Source: Lama glama (lineage: Eukaryota). Taken from it: a stretch of 64,000 nucleotides of DNA. Below are positions 11,401 through 23,819 of this stretch, piece after piece (position 1 is the stretch's first letter; the number at the start of each line of letters is the position of its first letter). The DNA is taken from assembly GCA_028534125.1 (NCBI GenBank), contig CM052816.1, positions 91,266,001-91,330,000 on the forward strand. Direction: 5' to 3'. Below the pieces are notes generated by a model that saw only the letters and a list, made by a program, of their open reading frames with translations, searched no databases and was not told the DNA's origin. The translations under genes were made by a program, and so were the position numbers.

Positions 11401-12715
11401 TCAGTGCCCTCAATTCTCCAGAAGTCCAAACAGGGGCCACCTAGATTCCTGGGTTCTTATTCTCAGACCCTGCACCATGTTAGATCATGAAAAAGCTTCA
11501 TCTCTGAGTTAAATCTGATTGTTCCAGCTAGAAAGGCCTTCAATTAATTACAGTTTTATATGTTCATTTCAACTGGGGGGTGAGGGTGGGGTTGAACCAT
11601 AAGTACAGGCATGAAAAATACTTTATCTTCTTTAAAATTGTTATCTAAGCAAACATCTGAAATCATTCAAGTAAAAATCCACATGATAAACTTCTCAAAA
11701 GGTTTTTTTTTGTCTCAGTAAGTATGATTACTGAATATCTGATTTCTCTATAAGCTTCCTCAAACATTTAAGGCAGTATTCAGCGTATAAATTACATATC
11801 CATAAACTGACAGTAATATTATTTTTATCATGTGATGAAGTCAGGGGTCTCTTGGCAGACAGCCATGCTCGGAATGGACTGCCTTCTCTCTGGCTGGGGG
11901 ACCCTCCAGTTCTTAGTGTTAAGGACATAGGGATTAAAATGATGAAATAGTAAGAAAAATTGAGGGACATAAATATCTATACAATACTGAATCCAACACA
12001 GTATGGACAAGTTTTCTATATTAAAAAATAGGAGGAAGAGGGAAAAGAGATAAGGATGTTCAGAGGCTTTAAGAACATTGAGAAGCAAGGTATAAAAGGA
12101 TAACAAATTTATATATGAAGGAAGGGAAGGGTTTTACAAAATGTCATAACTTAGGCCAAATGGCCTCCCAAACTTTTGACAAGCTAGACAAAAAAAAATT
12201 ATTTTAATTACCTAAGGCTTTATGGAGAAGTTAAAATATATGAGAAAGTTTGATTAAGTTAAAAAATGAATTATTGGTCACTTTTAAAAGACTAGAAATT
12301 ATCCAAAAAATCAAAGTTTAGAGGGAAAATGATAAATATATGTGGTAAAAAATCAGAACACTGGCATAAAGCAAAGTGTTGGAAGCGATTTAGAAGCATT
12401 TTCAGTAACATAGGAATAAAAAGAAGAACCTTCAGGAAAAAGGATATATGTTAATGAATGAGACAAAATTTCATGACCCTTTTTTAAATGGCTTAAAGAA
12501 ATCAAATTCAAGGTTTCTTTTTTTTTTTTAAACATCTTTCTTACATAGGTATAAAAAAGGATATACACCCGTGAGTATATTGCCACTAAAAAGGAACTGT
12601 TATCACCTCAATGAATCATCTGCAGGGTCAAAGAGGAGCTACCCCAGGTGATCTCTCCACCAAACAGAAAGCAAACTGCTTCACAGTTAGTAAGCACTGA
12701 GAAAGTGTCAACTTC

Positions 12716-13025
12716 TGTTGTGTGTTGAATTGTGTCCCCTCCAAAAGATATGTTGAAATCCTAACCCCTGGAACCTGGGAACGTGACCTTATTTGGCAGT
12801 AGGATCTTGGCAGATAGAACTGAGTTAAGATGAGGTCCTACAGTGGGACTTAATCTGAAATGACCGTTGTCCTTGTAAAAAGAGGAAAACTTGGACGCAA
12901 GCACAGACACATGGGGAGAGCACCATGTGAGGACAGAGGCAGAGATTGGAGGGAGGCAATTTCTGTTGTTTGAAGCCACCCAGTTGGTGACACTTCGTTA
13001 TAGCAAGCCCTAGGGAATGAATCCA
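12716..13025 (+). mobile_element. MaLR solo LTR (MLT1B/C-like), internally deleted
   Basis: tgttgtgtgttgaattgtgtcccc...gtgaccttatttgg...aatttctgttgtttgaagccacccagt. Confidence 0.85.
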
Positions 13026-13596
13026 GCGTCCATCTTTTTCTTACCCTTTTTGACAATGGCCAAAGATGGGGATTGGGAGAGGTCCACTCCAGGTGCAGGG
13101 AATCAGAGCGTCCATTGCCCACAGAGAACTTGTAAACAGTAATCGCACTGGACTAAAGGCTGGTCTGCTCTATATTATCACCACGCATCACCAACTCCAG
13201 CCCACGTCGGTGATCATCTATTACTCCTCCCCACCCCAAATGTGGTCTTGGTGTAAGAGCTAAACGTTTGCTGTGCTTACCGTTGTTAAAAGGTGCTTCA
13301 GATTAGCAGACTTAGATTCTCTCCCCTTGAACGACAAATGTATTCTCCAAATTGGAGAATTCAGTTATACAGTCAGCTTGCACCACAGACAAAACTCGGA
13401 GTCTCACATTCCTTTTGGAGTAAAGCTTCAGGAATTGCTGGGGCTCTCTGCAGGTGTAAGGTTGGTGTCTTCTACCCCTCTGGTATTGCGTGCTCTTGTG
13501 TGTAAATAGATTCAAAGTGAACAGTGACAGCCCTGATGAAATTTGAGATACTGTAATTCTGCCTCCCTGTGTGACCACTTGGAGTTTTTACTTCTG

Positions 13597-13639
<43 letters not shown>

Positions 13640-13641
13640 TT
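13597..13641. repeat. (TTTA)n microsatellite
   Basis: About 11 tetranucleotide units, directly visible. Confidence 0.95.
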
Positions 13642-13654
13642 GGTGAGGGGGAGA

Positions 13655-14070
13655 CATTTAAAAGCTGATAGAAAGGATAGCAAAGACACGGATAACATTG
13701 TGGTTTCTGGAACTTATTGTGAAATAGGATTTGAATGAATCTCTACCAAGCTTATTCTTGCATTTAAGACTTTTTCTAACTACTTATAAGTCTGTGGCTT
13801 AATGTGAAAGACACCCTTCTAAAAGAAAATAAATAAAGAGTGTGATTCAATTAACTATGTTTGAGAATAGATGGACAGATCTGATTATGCTGTGTTTGGA
13901 ATATGGATGCATGAAGATCGATATTGATGAAGTCATTGACAAAATTTGCAAAATTAAGGTTTGGAGATAGAAACTGTTATGCTATTATTCATGACTGTGA
14001 TAGATCAATATGTAGGCACAGATCTTTTGTCCTTTATCAAAGAATGTATTTTATATAATAAAAAGTACTA
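13655..14070 (+). mobile_element. hAT-Tip100 (Zaphod-like) transposase C-terminal fossil
   Basis: Manual translation of ~13704-13970 gives LPSLFLHLRLFLTTYKSVA*CERHPSKRK*IKSVIQLTMFENRWTDLIMLCLEY...IDIDEVIDK, matching the hAT dimerisation motif (LRIFLT.PVSVASCERSFSKLKLIK..LRSTM). Confidence 0.8.
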
Positions 14071-14079
14071 ATTCAGGAC

Positions 14080-14456
14080 TGTATTAGTTTCCTACCACAA
14101 ACTGGGTGGCTTAAAACAACAGGCATTTATTTTCTCCCAGCTCTGGGGGCAAGAAATCTGAAATCAAGTTGTTGACAGGGACGATTCTTTTCCAGGGCTC
14201 TGAGAGCAGATCTGTTCCATGCCTCTCTTGGATTCTTATGGCTGCTGGCAATCCTTCCAATGTCCACCTCCATCTTCTCATAGTCTTCTCCCCTGTGTCT
14301 GTGTGTTTCTTTCTTCTTGTAAGGACATTTATTATTGGATTTAGGGATCATCCAGTTAATCCAGATTAATCTCATCTTGAGATGCTTCACTTAATTACAT
14401 CTTCCAAGATGGCCCTGGAACCATATCTTTTGAGGAGACACAATTCAACTCAAACA
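14080..14456 (-). mobile_element. MaLR solo LTR (MLT1B/C-like)
   Basis: tgtattagtttcc...ctgggtggcttaaaacaac...ttgtaaggacat...attggatttaggg...cacaattcaac. Confidence 0.85.
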
Positions 14457-15999
14457 GTAATTTCTTTTTCCTATTTTCTACTGCAATTTTATTTTGCTTC
14501 TTATAATTTTAATCTTTTGGAAGGATGGTACATGCAAAGCTTTATAAGAGAAAATTTTCACTGTCTCTTTTGCTATTCTGGCCATTATGATTATTTTTTA
14601 CTTATAGAGGAGAGTGCCATTAAAAATTATCTGCTCCAAGTGTCAAATAACCAGATATGGATTGCTCATGGGCTAAGTTGTCAAAGGAACAAAATAGAAA
14701 ATGGAGCACAGGCTGGAAGACGGCAATTGGGAGAAGAATTGAAGAATTCCTAGTGTGGTGGTCTCATTGTGTAAAACTTAACAGCATGAGATTTAAGGTT
14801 TGACAATCAGGATTTACAACCCCAACCTATTGCCCTTGCCGTCATATCTGACCTTAGCCTGAGTTCACCAGGTACAGAGACTTTTCAGAAGAGGATGCCG
14901 GAGAGGAAACTTACAATCATTCCTCAGTTGTGCATGTAGGGATGCAAATGGAGAGACCAGGCGGGCCCTGGAGAGCTGGCAAAAGAGCAAACCAGAACCT
15001 GACCTCTCAGGACAGAAGGATGGCAGGGTTGAGAAGGGTGGCTTTGGACAAATAGAAGATGACATGAGAGCTTTGGGGCTGGGGGACAAGGAGCCAGCTA
15101 CCCAGTTATTGCAGTGTTTATTCTTTCATCCATCAAAAAAAAAAAAAGGAAAATGAAAGAAGAATGAGTGATACACAATTAGTAAGCTTTAGCATATCAG
15201 CTCTAAGTGAGCCTTTCGATCATCAAAACTTGCTCATTTCAATGAGGAAATGGACGTCCACAGAGGTCTAACGTGTTATCTAAGAAGATTCGTTGCACTG
15301 GTGTGGAAACCACTATTCCATGCGTGGGGAAAGTACCCTTAGCACTTGCACAGTAAGTTGTCATCATCTGACCTGGGGACTTCTTTTAACTCTCTACTAC
15401 ATTTCTATATGAAGTGCCTGACCCCAAGCAAATGTGCTTATGCAAGTATTGCATTTATAGTCTCAAAGTTATTACAGTAAGATCGAAATAAATTTTAAAA
15501 AATCAAAAACTAATTGAGGCAAATAATATACTTTACTCAGAAACACTTACCTTGTATAAATTTAGTCTCAGATATGCTAAATGACAACCACTTAGAAATG
15601 CATTACCGAATTCCTTTAATAAAATGTAAAATCCAGAGTTAATAGCTATATATATATATTGTAATGACACACATTTATTGCCACACATAATTCATTGCAT
15701 ACATTAAGCATGAAATTTCCTATGGGCAGTAATAAATGTGATTTATAAGTCACAAGTTTGTAAAGTCTATTTCTCATTCTCTCGAGGACAGTTCCAAAAA
15801 CCATCAAAAATTAGAAATAAAGTCTAAAACCATTGAAGACATTTATTTGTGGAATCATCTTGGTTTCAGTTCATTCTACAAAGTACATGTTAAAATAAGA
15901 TTGGCTTATTTATATTCTTATCATAAAAATTCTACTAAAATTAAAAGATGCAATTTTAAGTCTTTCTTCATTTTCATCACTTGAGGAATATATTAATTT

Positions 16000-16760
16000 G
16001 CTTAAGATTTTGAGTATATAATTATCTTCTGTCTTTTTTTAATTAAAAATGAATTTTTACTACTGCAATATCAGTGAATAGAAATTGTAAAAAAATTAAA
16101 ATAAAAATAAAATTAAAACATTATATTCCCAACACAAAAAGCACTATAATGAATATAGCTTTAGATTTTTATACATATGCACTTTTTGACAAATGAAATA
16201 GTTTGATATACAGTGCGTAGGGAATGATCTTTCTGTTAGTTAACATTTCCTATTTTTCCATGTAAGTAAAACTATCTCATCTAGTATCCAAATCATATCA
16301 AATTGCCCCAGTTCTATCCAAAATGTCTTTACATCTTGGTTTTCCCAAAAAGAATCTAAATCAGTACTATATATTGCATCCTGCTGTTTTAAGCCTGTAA
16401 TCTAGACGGGTTGTAGGCCAAATCCATCAGGTTGCCTGTTTTTGTAACTAAAGTTTTATGGGAACACAGAGATTTTCATTTATTTAAGTGTTGTCCACGG
16501 CACTTTCACTCTGTAAAGACAGAATTTAGTAGTTGTGACAGAGGCTGTGTAGTCCACAAAGTCTAAAATATTTACTGTCTGGCACTTTGCAGAAAAGATT
16601 TGCTGACTCCTGATCTAGAAAACTATTCTCTTCCATGACACTGAATCGTTGATGTCATCCTCCAGAATGTCACACCCTCTGGATTTATTTTGTTGCTTCT
16701 TACAGTATCTTAACTTACTCTTCTTACCGGGCATTTTTGCCCTTTCCACTACAATAGTGT
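16000..16760 (-). mobile_element. Ancient L1 (L1MC/L1ME-type) 3' region, interrupted by MER58
   Basis: ccaaaatgtctttaca...tattgcatc and tccagaatgtcacaccctctggattt, typical of antisense old L1 3' UTR. Confidence 0.45.
16406..16612. mobile_element. MER58A-like hAT-Charlie MITE
   Basis: ggccaaatcc...gcctgtttttgtaactaaagttttatgggaacacag...aaaatatttactgtctggcactttgcagaaaag; similar to 44360-44582. Confidence 0.85.
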
Positions 16761-17544
16761 CAGTGTCAGTAAAACTGGGCTTTCTTACAAACTACAAGGA
16801 CACATTAAAACAAACGAATGTAAGGAATTCCCTTGTCCTGCCAAAGTTTTCTTAGTTTTTTTTTTTCTAAAATTCCTCTAGCTTGGGATAAGTCTTTTTA
16901 TTTTCTCAATAGACCAAAATAATTTCCAATGAAAATACCTTGAGAGAACGTAGAATGGAGGAGACAGCACAGGTAAATGGCTGGATTTTAAGGCAGGGGA
17001 TGAGAGGAAGCGGGGAAGATCAGCCTTGTTGGAAACCCAGTCATACCAGGTGTGAATAACTGATAAGGTCCCGGCCAGTGAGTGACAGAAGCGGGAAGCC
17101 TACAGGAAGGTTTTGGTCTCCTGAAAGAGTGGAGAGAAGAGAAACTACAAAGAAAGGAAAATGGAAATTTCACTGATAAATTTCACTGTGTCTGTTCCAA
17201 AATTTTGCCTGGAGCCAGTTCTGAGCAGTAAATATTGAGTGGGTAAGATGGATTGCCCAAACATTTTAGAACTCATTCATGTTTCCATCTTCCTTATGGG
17301 AGGCATTGCATAGTCCTATAGAAGCACAAGACAGACATACCATTTGCCTACCACAGTTCAGATTACATTTCTATGACATTGTTTATCTATAAACTCGAAG
17401 CATCCTTAAGTGGTCTAACTCTGTCTTTTAACATGCAGTATTCAGTATCAGCAACTTACAAAAGAATAATTGAAAACGATCATGAAGTTTACTACTACCT
17501 TAGTTTTTCAAGTACTAGATAATTCTCCCGTGATCTTCTATTAT

Positions 17545-18060
17545 AGCATGTCTTGCCCAAGATCAGTTGACTGAGCAAAGCCAAATTCATTAAACTTCCT
17601 GCAGCAAAGGAGATCATTACCTTATCTTAAAAGAAAGAAGTTAGGGAAGGAGTTTTTTTATTCATAAGGGTTTGAGGTTTGGACTAAGTGTTTAAGATGC
17701 TCTTTCAACATAGGAACCGAGTAGGATTGGTTAAGGCCCATGACATGAAAATATAGGACTGGTGACCATAGCAAAGGAAGGTTCTAATGAGCAAACTATG
17801 TGCATAAAGTAAGCAACTCATTCTGATGGGAGAGCTGTTTGTACAGATGAGCAAATTGTTTGCCTTGATAAATTGGCTTGCAAGGATTTCCTGAAGCAAA
17901 TGGTGAAGTTAATTGTTGGTTTGCAGTCTTATTTTCTTGGGCATGAATTACCTGGAGCAGCTGGGTCATGTTAACATGGACTCAATGCTTCAGGTAATTC
18001 TTGGTTCTCAGTCTCAATGCCAAGTTACGTTGGTTGGCTCAGGTGGTCTCAGGCTTCAAG
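17545..18060. mobile_element. Probable ancient LTR remnant
   Basis: cagcaaaggagatcattacc...gaagttagggaagga...taggattggttaagg resembles old eutherian LTR families; family uncertain. Confidence 0.35.
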
Positions 18061-18894
18061 AACTTTATGTAAAGTAAAATTTTAAAAAAGAAAGACATAA
18101 AATGATTGCAATCATTGTTTTAAAACAGTAATCAGAGAGCTTTGTTTTGTTATACCAAAATTATGTTGGAAATTTTCCAATGTGCTTTCAGTGATCATTT
18201 TTTTTTATTACTTATGATCACTTACTTTGAGTGACATGATTTGTTATTTATAAGAACAAATATTAAAGGCATGGTATTGAAGATACTGGGTCTTTCCCCT
18301 TAGTGATAATTATAGCTCTTTAGACACAACTTTTTTTAAATTAAAAGAATATACCAAATCTAGTATGCTCATTGAGGGCTTCTGGAGTCTTGTTTCTAGT
18401 AAAGTATATGGAAGGAATCTATGCTTTTGAATAGATATTTAAAAACAACTTTGCCAATTAAAATGGTTTCTTAAGATACTTTATATAAAAGAGTCCATTT
18501 TTCATTTATACTTTCCCTTAGATTTATCAGATATTGGGCATCTACCTTTAGTAAGACACTGTATAAAGTCTCTAGAGAATTCAAACATGAAATTTTCCAG
18601 GGCCCTGCCATCCAGGAGCTGAGAGTTTAATAGAATGAGTAGCACAGAAAACCACGAGTAAAGCAGATTTGTGGAAATTAAGAGGAATCATATAAAGCAC
18701 TGCCAAATGATAGTGTAAAAGTATAATTTCTAAAAAAGAGTTAAAAACATGATTCTCATGCACATATGGAATGACATGAGTTAGAGTTTTATTAAGTCAT
18801 TCATGAGGAGCCCATTAAATTGATAAAGCTGATCCAAAGAGCATTTGAGGAACTGGGTCTTTATTGGCACTTTGAGAAAAGAATGTTAGAATAT

Positions 18895-19522
18895 ATATAT
18901 ATATATCTGGAGTGAACTCTAATTCAAAAAGATACATGCACCCCAATGTTCATAGCAGCACTATTTACGATAGCCAAGACGTGGAAACAACCTAAATGTC
19001 CATCAACAGATGAATGGATAAGGCAGTTGTGGAATATTTATACAGTGGAATACTACCCAGCCATAAAAAAGAATAAAATAATGTCATTTGCAGCAACACG
19101 GATGGCCCTAGAGATTGTCATTCTAAATAAAGTAAGCCAGAAAGAGAAAGAAAAATACCATATGATATCACTCATATGTGGAATCTGAAAAAAAAAAGAT
19201 ATTATGAAGTCATCTACAAAACAGAAACAGACTCGTAGACATAGTAAACAATCTTATGGTTACTGGGGAAAGGGGGTGGGAAGATAAAAATCTGGGACTT
19301 TGAGATTTACAAATGTTAGCCACTATATATAAAAATAGAGTTAAAAAAAGTTTCTTCTGTATAGCACAGGAAACTATGTTCAATATCTTGTAATAACTTT
19401 TAATGAAAAAGAATATGAAAATGAATATATATATATATGTATACGTATATGTATGACTAGGACATTTTGCTGTACACCAGAAATTGACACATTGTAACTG
19501 GTTGTACTTCAATTTAAAAAAA
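18895..19522 (+). mobile_element. Young, 5'-truncated L1 (ORF2 C-terminus, 3' UTR, poly-A)
   Basis: ORF 18946-19188 [25 protein letters not shown]...MISLICGI; perfect 18-bp TSD aaaagaatgttagaatat at 18877-18894 and 19523-19540. Confidence 0.97.
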
Positions 19523-19949
19523 AAAAGAATGTTAGAATATGCCAGGTAGGTTAGATGCAAAATTGGTTAAGGTCTACAGGGCAGTAAATTATAACCTTGA
19601 GAATTATGTTTTCTACCAGAGTAAAATGTACAAGAAAACATAATTTCACAGAGTCTAAGTCTTTAATTAATTGTAAACAGCCAAGTCAAATGCAGGTGTT
19701 CTCTGAGGTAATTAAATAATCTTTATATGACCCTATAACATATGACACTGTGGAAGTAGTATTTTCATGTGGGGATTCCTAAATGACATTTCTTGATGAT
19801 GTCATTCTAAATCCTGAATCCCCCAAAACATCAGTGGAGATAATGGGAAACAGGAAAAAGTATTCTAACTCTCCTACAAGAATTAAAGCTTAACGATCAA
19901 TGTAGAGACAGTGTTGGTTCAAAGAAATCCATTGACACCAAGCAGAAAG

Positions 19950-20600
19950 GAGGAGCAGTAAATGAACTTACACAGAGCAGAAGGTTACGATCAGTGTTTC
20001 CAGGGACCAGGAAAGCTTTAGACAATTTTTCTCAACAGATATAAGAAGGATCAGAAAACAATCTTAGAAGAATCTGTGGACAATGTATAATTTAAACATG
20101 CAAATGCAGATGGGGTGCTGGGTGGGAGAAGAGAAAGGCTTTCTAAGCAAAGGGAGCTCTGAACAGAAGCAAAGAGAATGTTTGGAAAGTGAGAGGGATC
20201 TATAAGACTTAAAACAAGGGGAAAGTAAGGTGGGACCAGATGGTAGACGGTCTTGTAATTCCGTGATAGGTTTTAAATTTTAATCTGTGAGCAGGGTAGT
20301 TATATGATTATAGCTGGATTTTGTGTGGGTAATTAAGGCTGCGGACTATTGGGAATGCGACGAGGGAAGTTAGGTTGAAGGAGGGATGTGATTGGGGTCA
20401 GGCAGATGGGTCAGGACAATGTCAGCACATGAGGTTCAATGTAACTCTGATCTTAGCTAAATTGTGGCAGTAGGAATGGAGAATCGGGCGGAAATAGGTA
20501 TGCTAATTCGGTAGTAGGTCAAACACTTGAGTGTGTGTATGGGATGGGAAGGGCTGGTAAGAAAGGAAAAAGAGTTAAAAAATAACTGTGAGGCTGGAAT
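19950..20600 (-). mobile_element. Highly decayed L2
   Basis: Purine-rich antisense-L2 texture: gggaccagatggtagacggtcttg...ttttaatctgtgagcagg...gtggcagtaggaatggaga. Confidence 0.5.
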
Positions 20601-22111
20601 CCTCACATCGGAAGCTTAAGAAAAGCAGCAGGTGTTTTCTGCTTTGTCATTATAATGACTTACTATGATGATTATCTTATTAATAAACTTGAATATCTCT
20701 CAAAAGAAGGGTTTTCTATAAATTATTTCATTTGAAATCACTTTTGTTTTTACGTCAAATTATAGATAAATGAAAAAATTGTTATCCAAAATATGTTTTT
20801 TCTTTTGCAAGAGAAGGACGTTTAGATAATAACCAGCATACAATGAGGCTGGTGGTCTTTGGAAATAAGCCAGTCCAGACAGCCGAGGTCTGGATGGAAT
20901 CTCATCAGTTGAGTACCCCAAACTTGGGTTCATTTCAAGCCAGTCTGTGTCCTGGTCAATATCTCTTGGCCATAGGCATTATGAATGGGCTGCAGGAAAA
21001 ACAAGGGGAAGTTTTTTGGGGATGGAAGGAAATGCACTGAGGGGAGGGAGAGTCTTGGCAGAATAACTTTCTCCCTGAACTTGGATAGCATAAGAAGAAA
21101 GAGAACAGACTCTATTCTAAGTCCGTGAGAAAACGGAACATTGAAATCAATGCTAACACCATTCACTCATCAATTCCTTCAGTCCTGGGTAATAACTCCT
21201 ATGCTGAGGATCTCGGATTAGCCCTCTGCTTTCATGAAGTTTCCTGCTTCTGCGCTAATGAGAATCCCAACTCAAGACACTCTTGCTCTTCAGTTTTCTA
21301 AGCTGTAGAATGCTTAGAATGCTATACCTCTGGGATGTGTGTGTGTATAGATATATTCCAGCAAGACCGCATTCATTTGCAAGGACACAAAGCAACCCTC
21401 GTTTAGATGGACACATTTATCTGCTTGTTCAGTGGTGTGGTCAGTACTCTGTTTCTTGATGGTTTCCTTCTGCTGTGAACGTGCATGTCCAGTTGTCTGC
21501 TTCTTAGAGCAGACATTTACCTTCCTCATCTACCAGCCATTGGAGAAGGATTAAGGCCATGCAGACAATTAATTCTACCCATTCTTCTTGGGGTGGGGGC
21601 AGGTGTCCTGATGTCCCTCGTCCATCATCATATCTGGAATCATTTGAGCTTCCCTAGCCTCTTCTGTTTTTCACATCTTGCTGAAGCAGAGTTACATGTA
21701 TGTAATACATGTAAGAGGATGTGTATATTTGGAATATACAAATATTGTGTGTGTATACAATGCTTACTTACCTATGTTTCAGTGTTCTGTCTGACAAAGA
21801 AATTGTCCTGATATTCAAAGACACTTCATTAACTAACTCAGTTTAATTATAATCTAAGGTGTAATGTTATCTAAAAACCTTAGAAATTCTGTTCAAATTG
21901 ATATACTACAAAACTACAAAACATAATTCTCAAAATGTTAGAATCATGTTTAGTTGGACACATAAGTTAGTATTTTTTACATTCCTAAACATTATGTAGA
22001 ATGTTATTACCTGATCAATAAACCAATGTAAGTCGTTTGGGAAATCCGATGTACTATTCTCTTCATGAGAAAACAAAGTCAAATTAAAAAAAATCTACCA
22101 AAATATCAAGC

Positions 22112-22508
22112 ACCATCTGGTCCCACCTTACTTTCCCCATGGTTATAAGTTTTATAGATCCCTCACATGTTCCAAATGTCTGCTCTGCTTCCATTCAGAG
22201 TTCCCTTTGCTTAGAAAGCCTTTCTTTTCTCCTACCCAACACTCCATCTTCGTCTGCATGTTTAAATTGCACCTTGTCTACAGTTTCCTCTGAGTGTTTT
22301 CTTTCTTTTCGTATCTATCTATCTATCTATCTATCTATCTAATCAAAGTACAGTCAGTTACAACGTGTCAATTTCTGGTGTACAGCACAATGTCCCAGTC
22401 ATGAACATACATACATATTTTTGTAAGAGTGTTTTCTGATTTTCCTTCTTGTGTCTGTTAAAAAAAATGTCTAAAACTTTCCTGGCCCCGTGCCAAAGTG
22501 ATAACTTC
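22112..22508 (-). repeat. Inverted duplicate of 19980-20244, containing a later L1 insertion
   Basis: 22112-22138 is the exact reverse complement of 20218-20244; colinear similarity continues on both sides of the insertion. Confidence 0.92.
22303..22426 (-). mobile_element. Very short L1 3' end with a (GATA)n tail
   Basis: Reverse complement matches 19440-19512 (tgctgtacaccagaaattgacac); TSD gagtgttttct at 22292-22302 and 22427-22437. Confidence 0.9.
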
Positions 22509-23819
22509 AGGGAAGAGACATCTAGTTGCTATTGTTTTTTTAAATCAATATTATTAAAACAAGTCTGACCTTGTCTAAAGATTCACCTTACATATGGGAA
22601 CCCAAGTTTCTATGTTAAAAATTCTGAGCCGGCTGTTTCTCCTATAACTTCATTTTGGTTTTTGTTATACTTAAAAGGCTAACAGAATAAAATATTAGAA
22701 ACTGTTTTCTTATTTTCTGGAAATTTTGGCAAATAACTGATTTTTTTAATTAATTTTAAATAATTGGTTTTAACAAGCACATATGTTATTTCTATAAACC
22801 AATCAGAACAGAGGTTTTTAATTTAAAAGGTGTTAAAATCTAACAATAACCTCTGGAGACAGGAGAATATTTAAGGGGTGGTAAAGGTTACAGTCACCCA
22901 GCGATCCAAAGAGCTTGTGGTCCCAGTCACACAAGCCCAGTCTCACGGGTCAGAGACAGCACAGAAACACAAAGCCTCACCAGTCTAGCTCTCCCCTCAA
23001 AAGCTTATTCTCTGTTAATTGATTTGAGATCCCAGGTAGCCAAAATATCTGAAAAGACTAACAAACTGGAAACTGCCGTCTTTCACCAACTCAGTCAACA
23101 CAACTCACCAAATGGTCAAACTATGAAACCAGGTTCCCAGCCATCATTCTAACAACAACTCATCAGCTACGTGTAAACACATAACTGCAAAGACACAAGG
23201 AGAACTTGCAGATTTCCACACAAATCAGAAGCAGAACCAAATTTAGTCCAGATTTGGAAGCAAAAGGAAGGACTTGGCAACAGGTTAAAAAAAAAGAGAG
23301 AGAGAAGAAACAGCCGAAATACAGTTCTAGTGCCGCTGGAGAACTGCTCTGGGGGCCTAGAAAAGACGGGCCCAAGAGGAAAACTTCCTGGCCAGCACAG
23401 TTTAATTGGTTCTGGCTCAGGAGTCCACTTGGATGTGTACAACCATTTCCAAAACAAAGTCTAATTTTTGGAACGTTAAAAACACTGTCCTTGTTCAAAT
23501 ATAGAATGAGCACGTGTCAAAAGCTGTGCTCTTGTGAATGAAGGAGGGAACCGGCAGGATCAGAAGGCTGATTCAAAGGAAAATTCATGAAACAGAGACT
23601 GATAGAATCAGAAAGCCAAAGGAATGTAGAATAAATGTTCTAATAGATAAAAAATTGGTGAGACTCTTATGGGACCATAAAAGTATTACGATTAGAGTCG
23701 TAGTTCTACCAGACTGAAGTCTACAAGCAGACTTCTAACTTCATAAAGTCTATGCTTTAATCAAATAAACAGTAAAGTCTAACACAGGTGCATTTGCCTA
23801 AATAATTAATTATGACATG

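Noticed and set aside
11950..12520. A-rich block with a KRLEIIQK-like word suggestive of a Tigger/pogo HTH
   Set aside because: Too short and degenerate to assign by eye; needs a Dfam search.
13342..13360. Palindrome attctccaa-a-ttggagaat
   Set aside because: A single AT-rich 9-bp inverted repeat with no supporting context; compatible with chance.
22860..23540. Possible ancient LTR with 96-116 aa ORFs on both strands
   Set aside because: Neither termini nor family could be established, and the ORFs have no recognisable homology.
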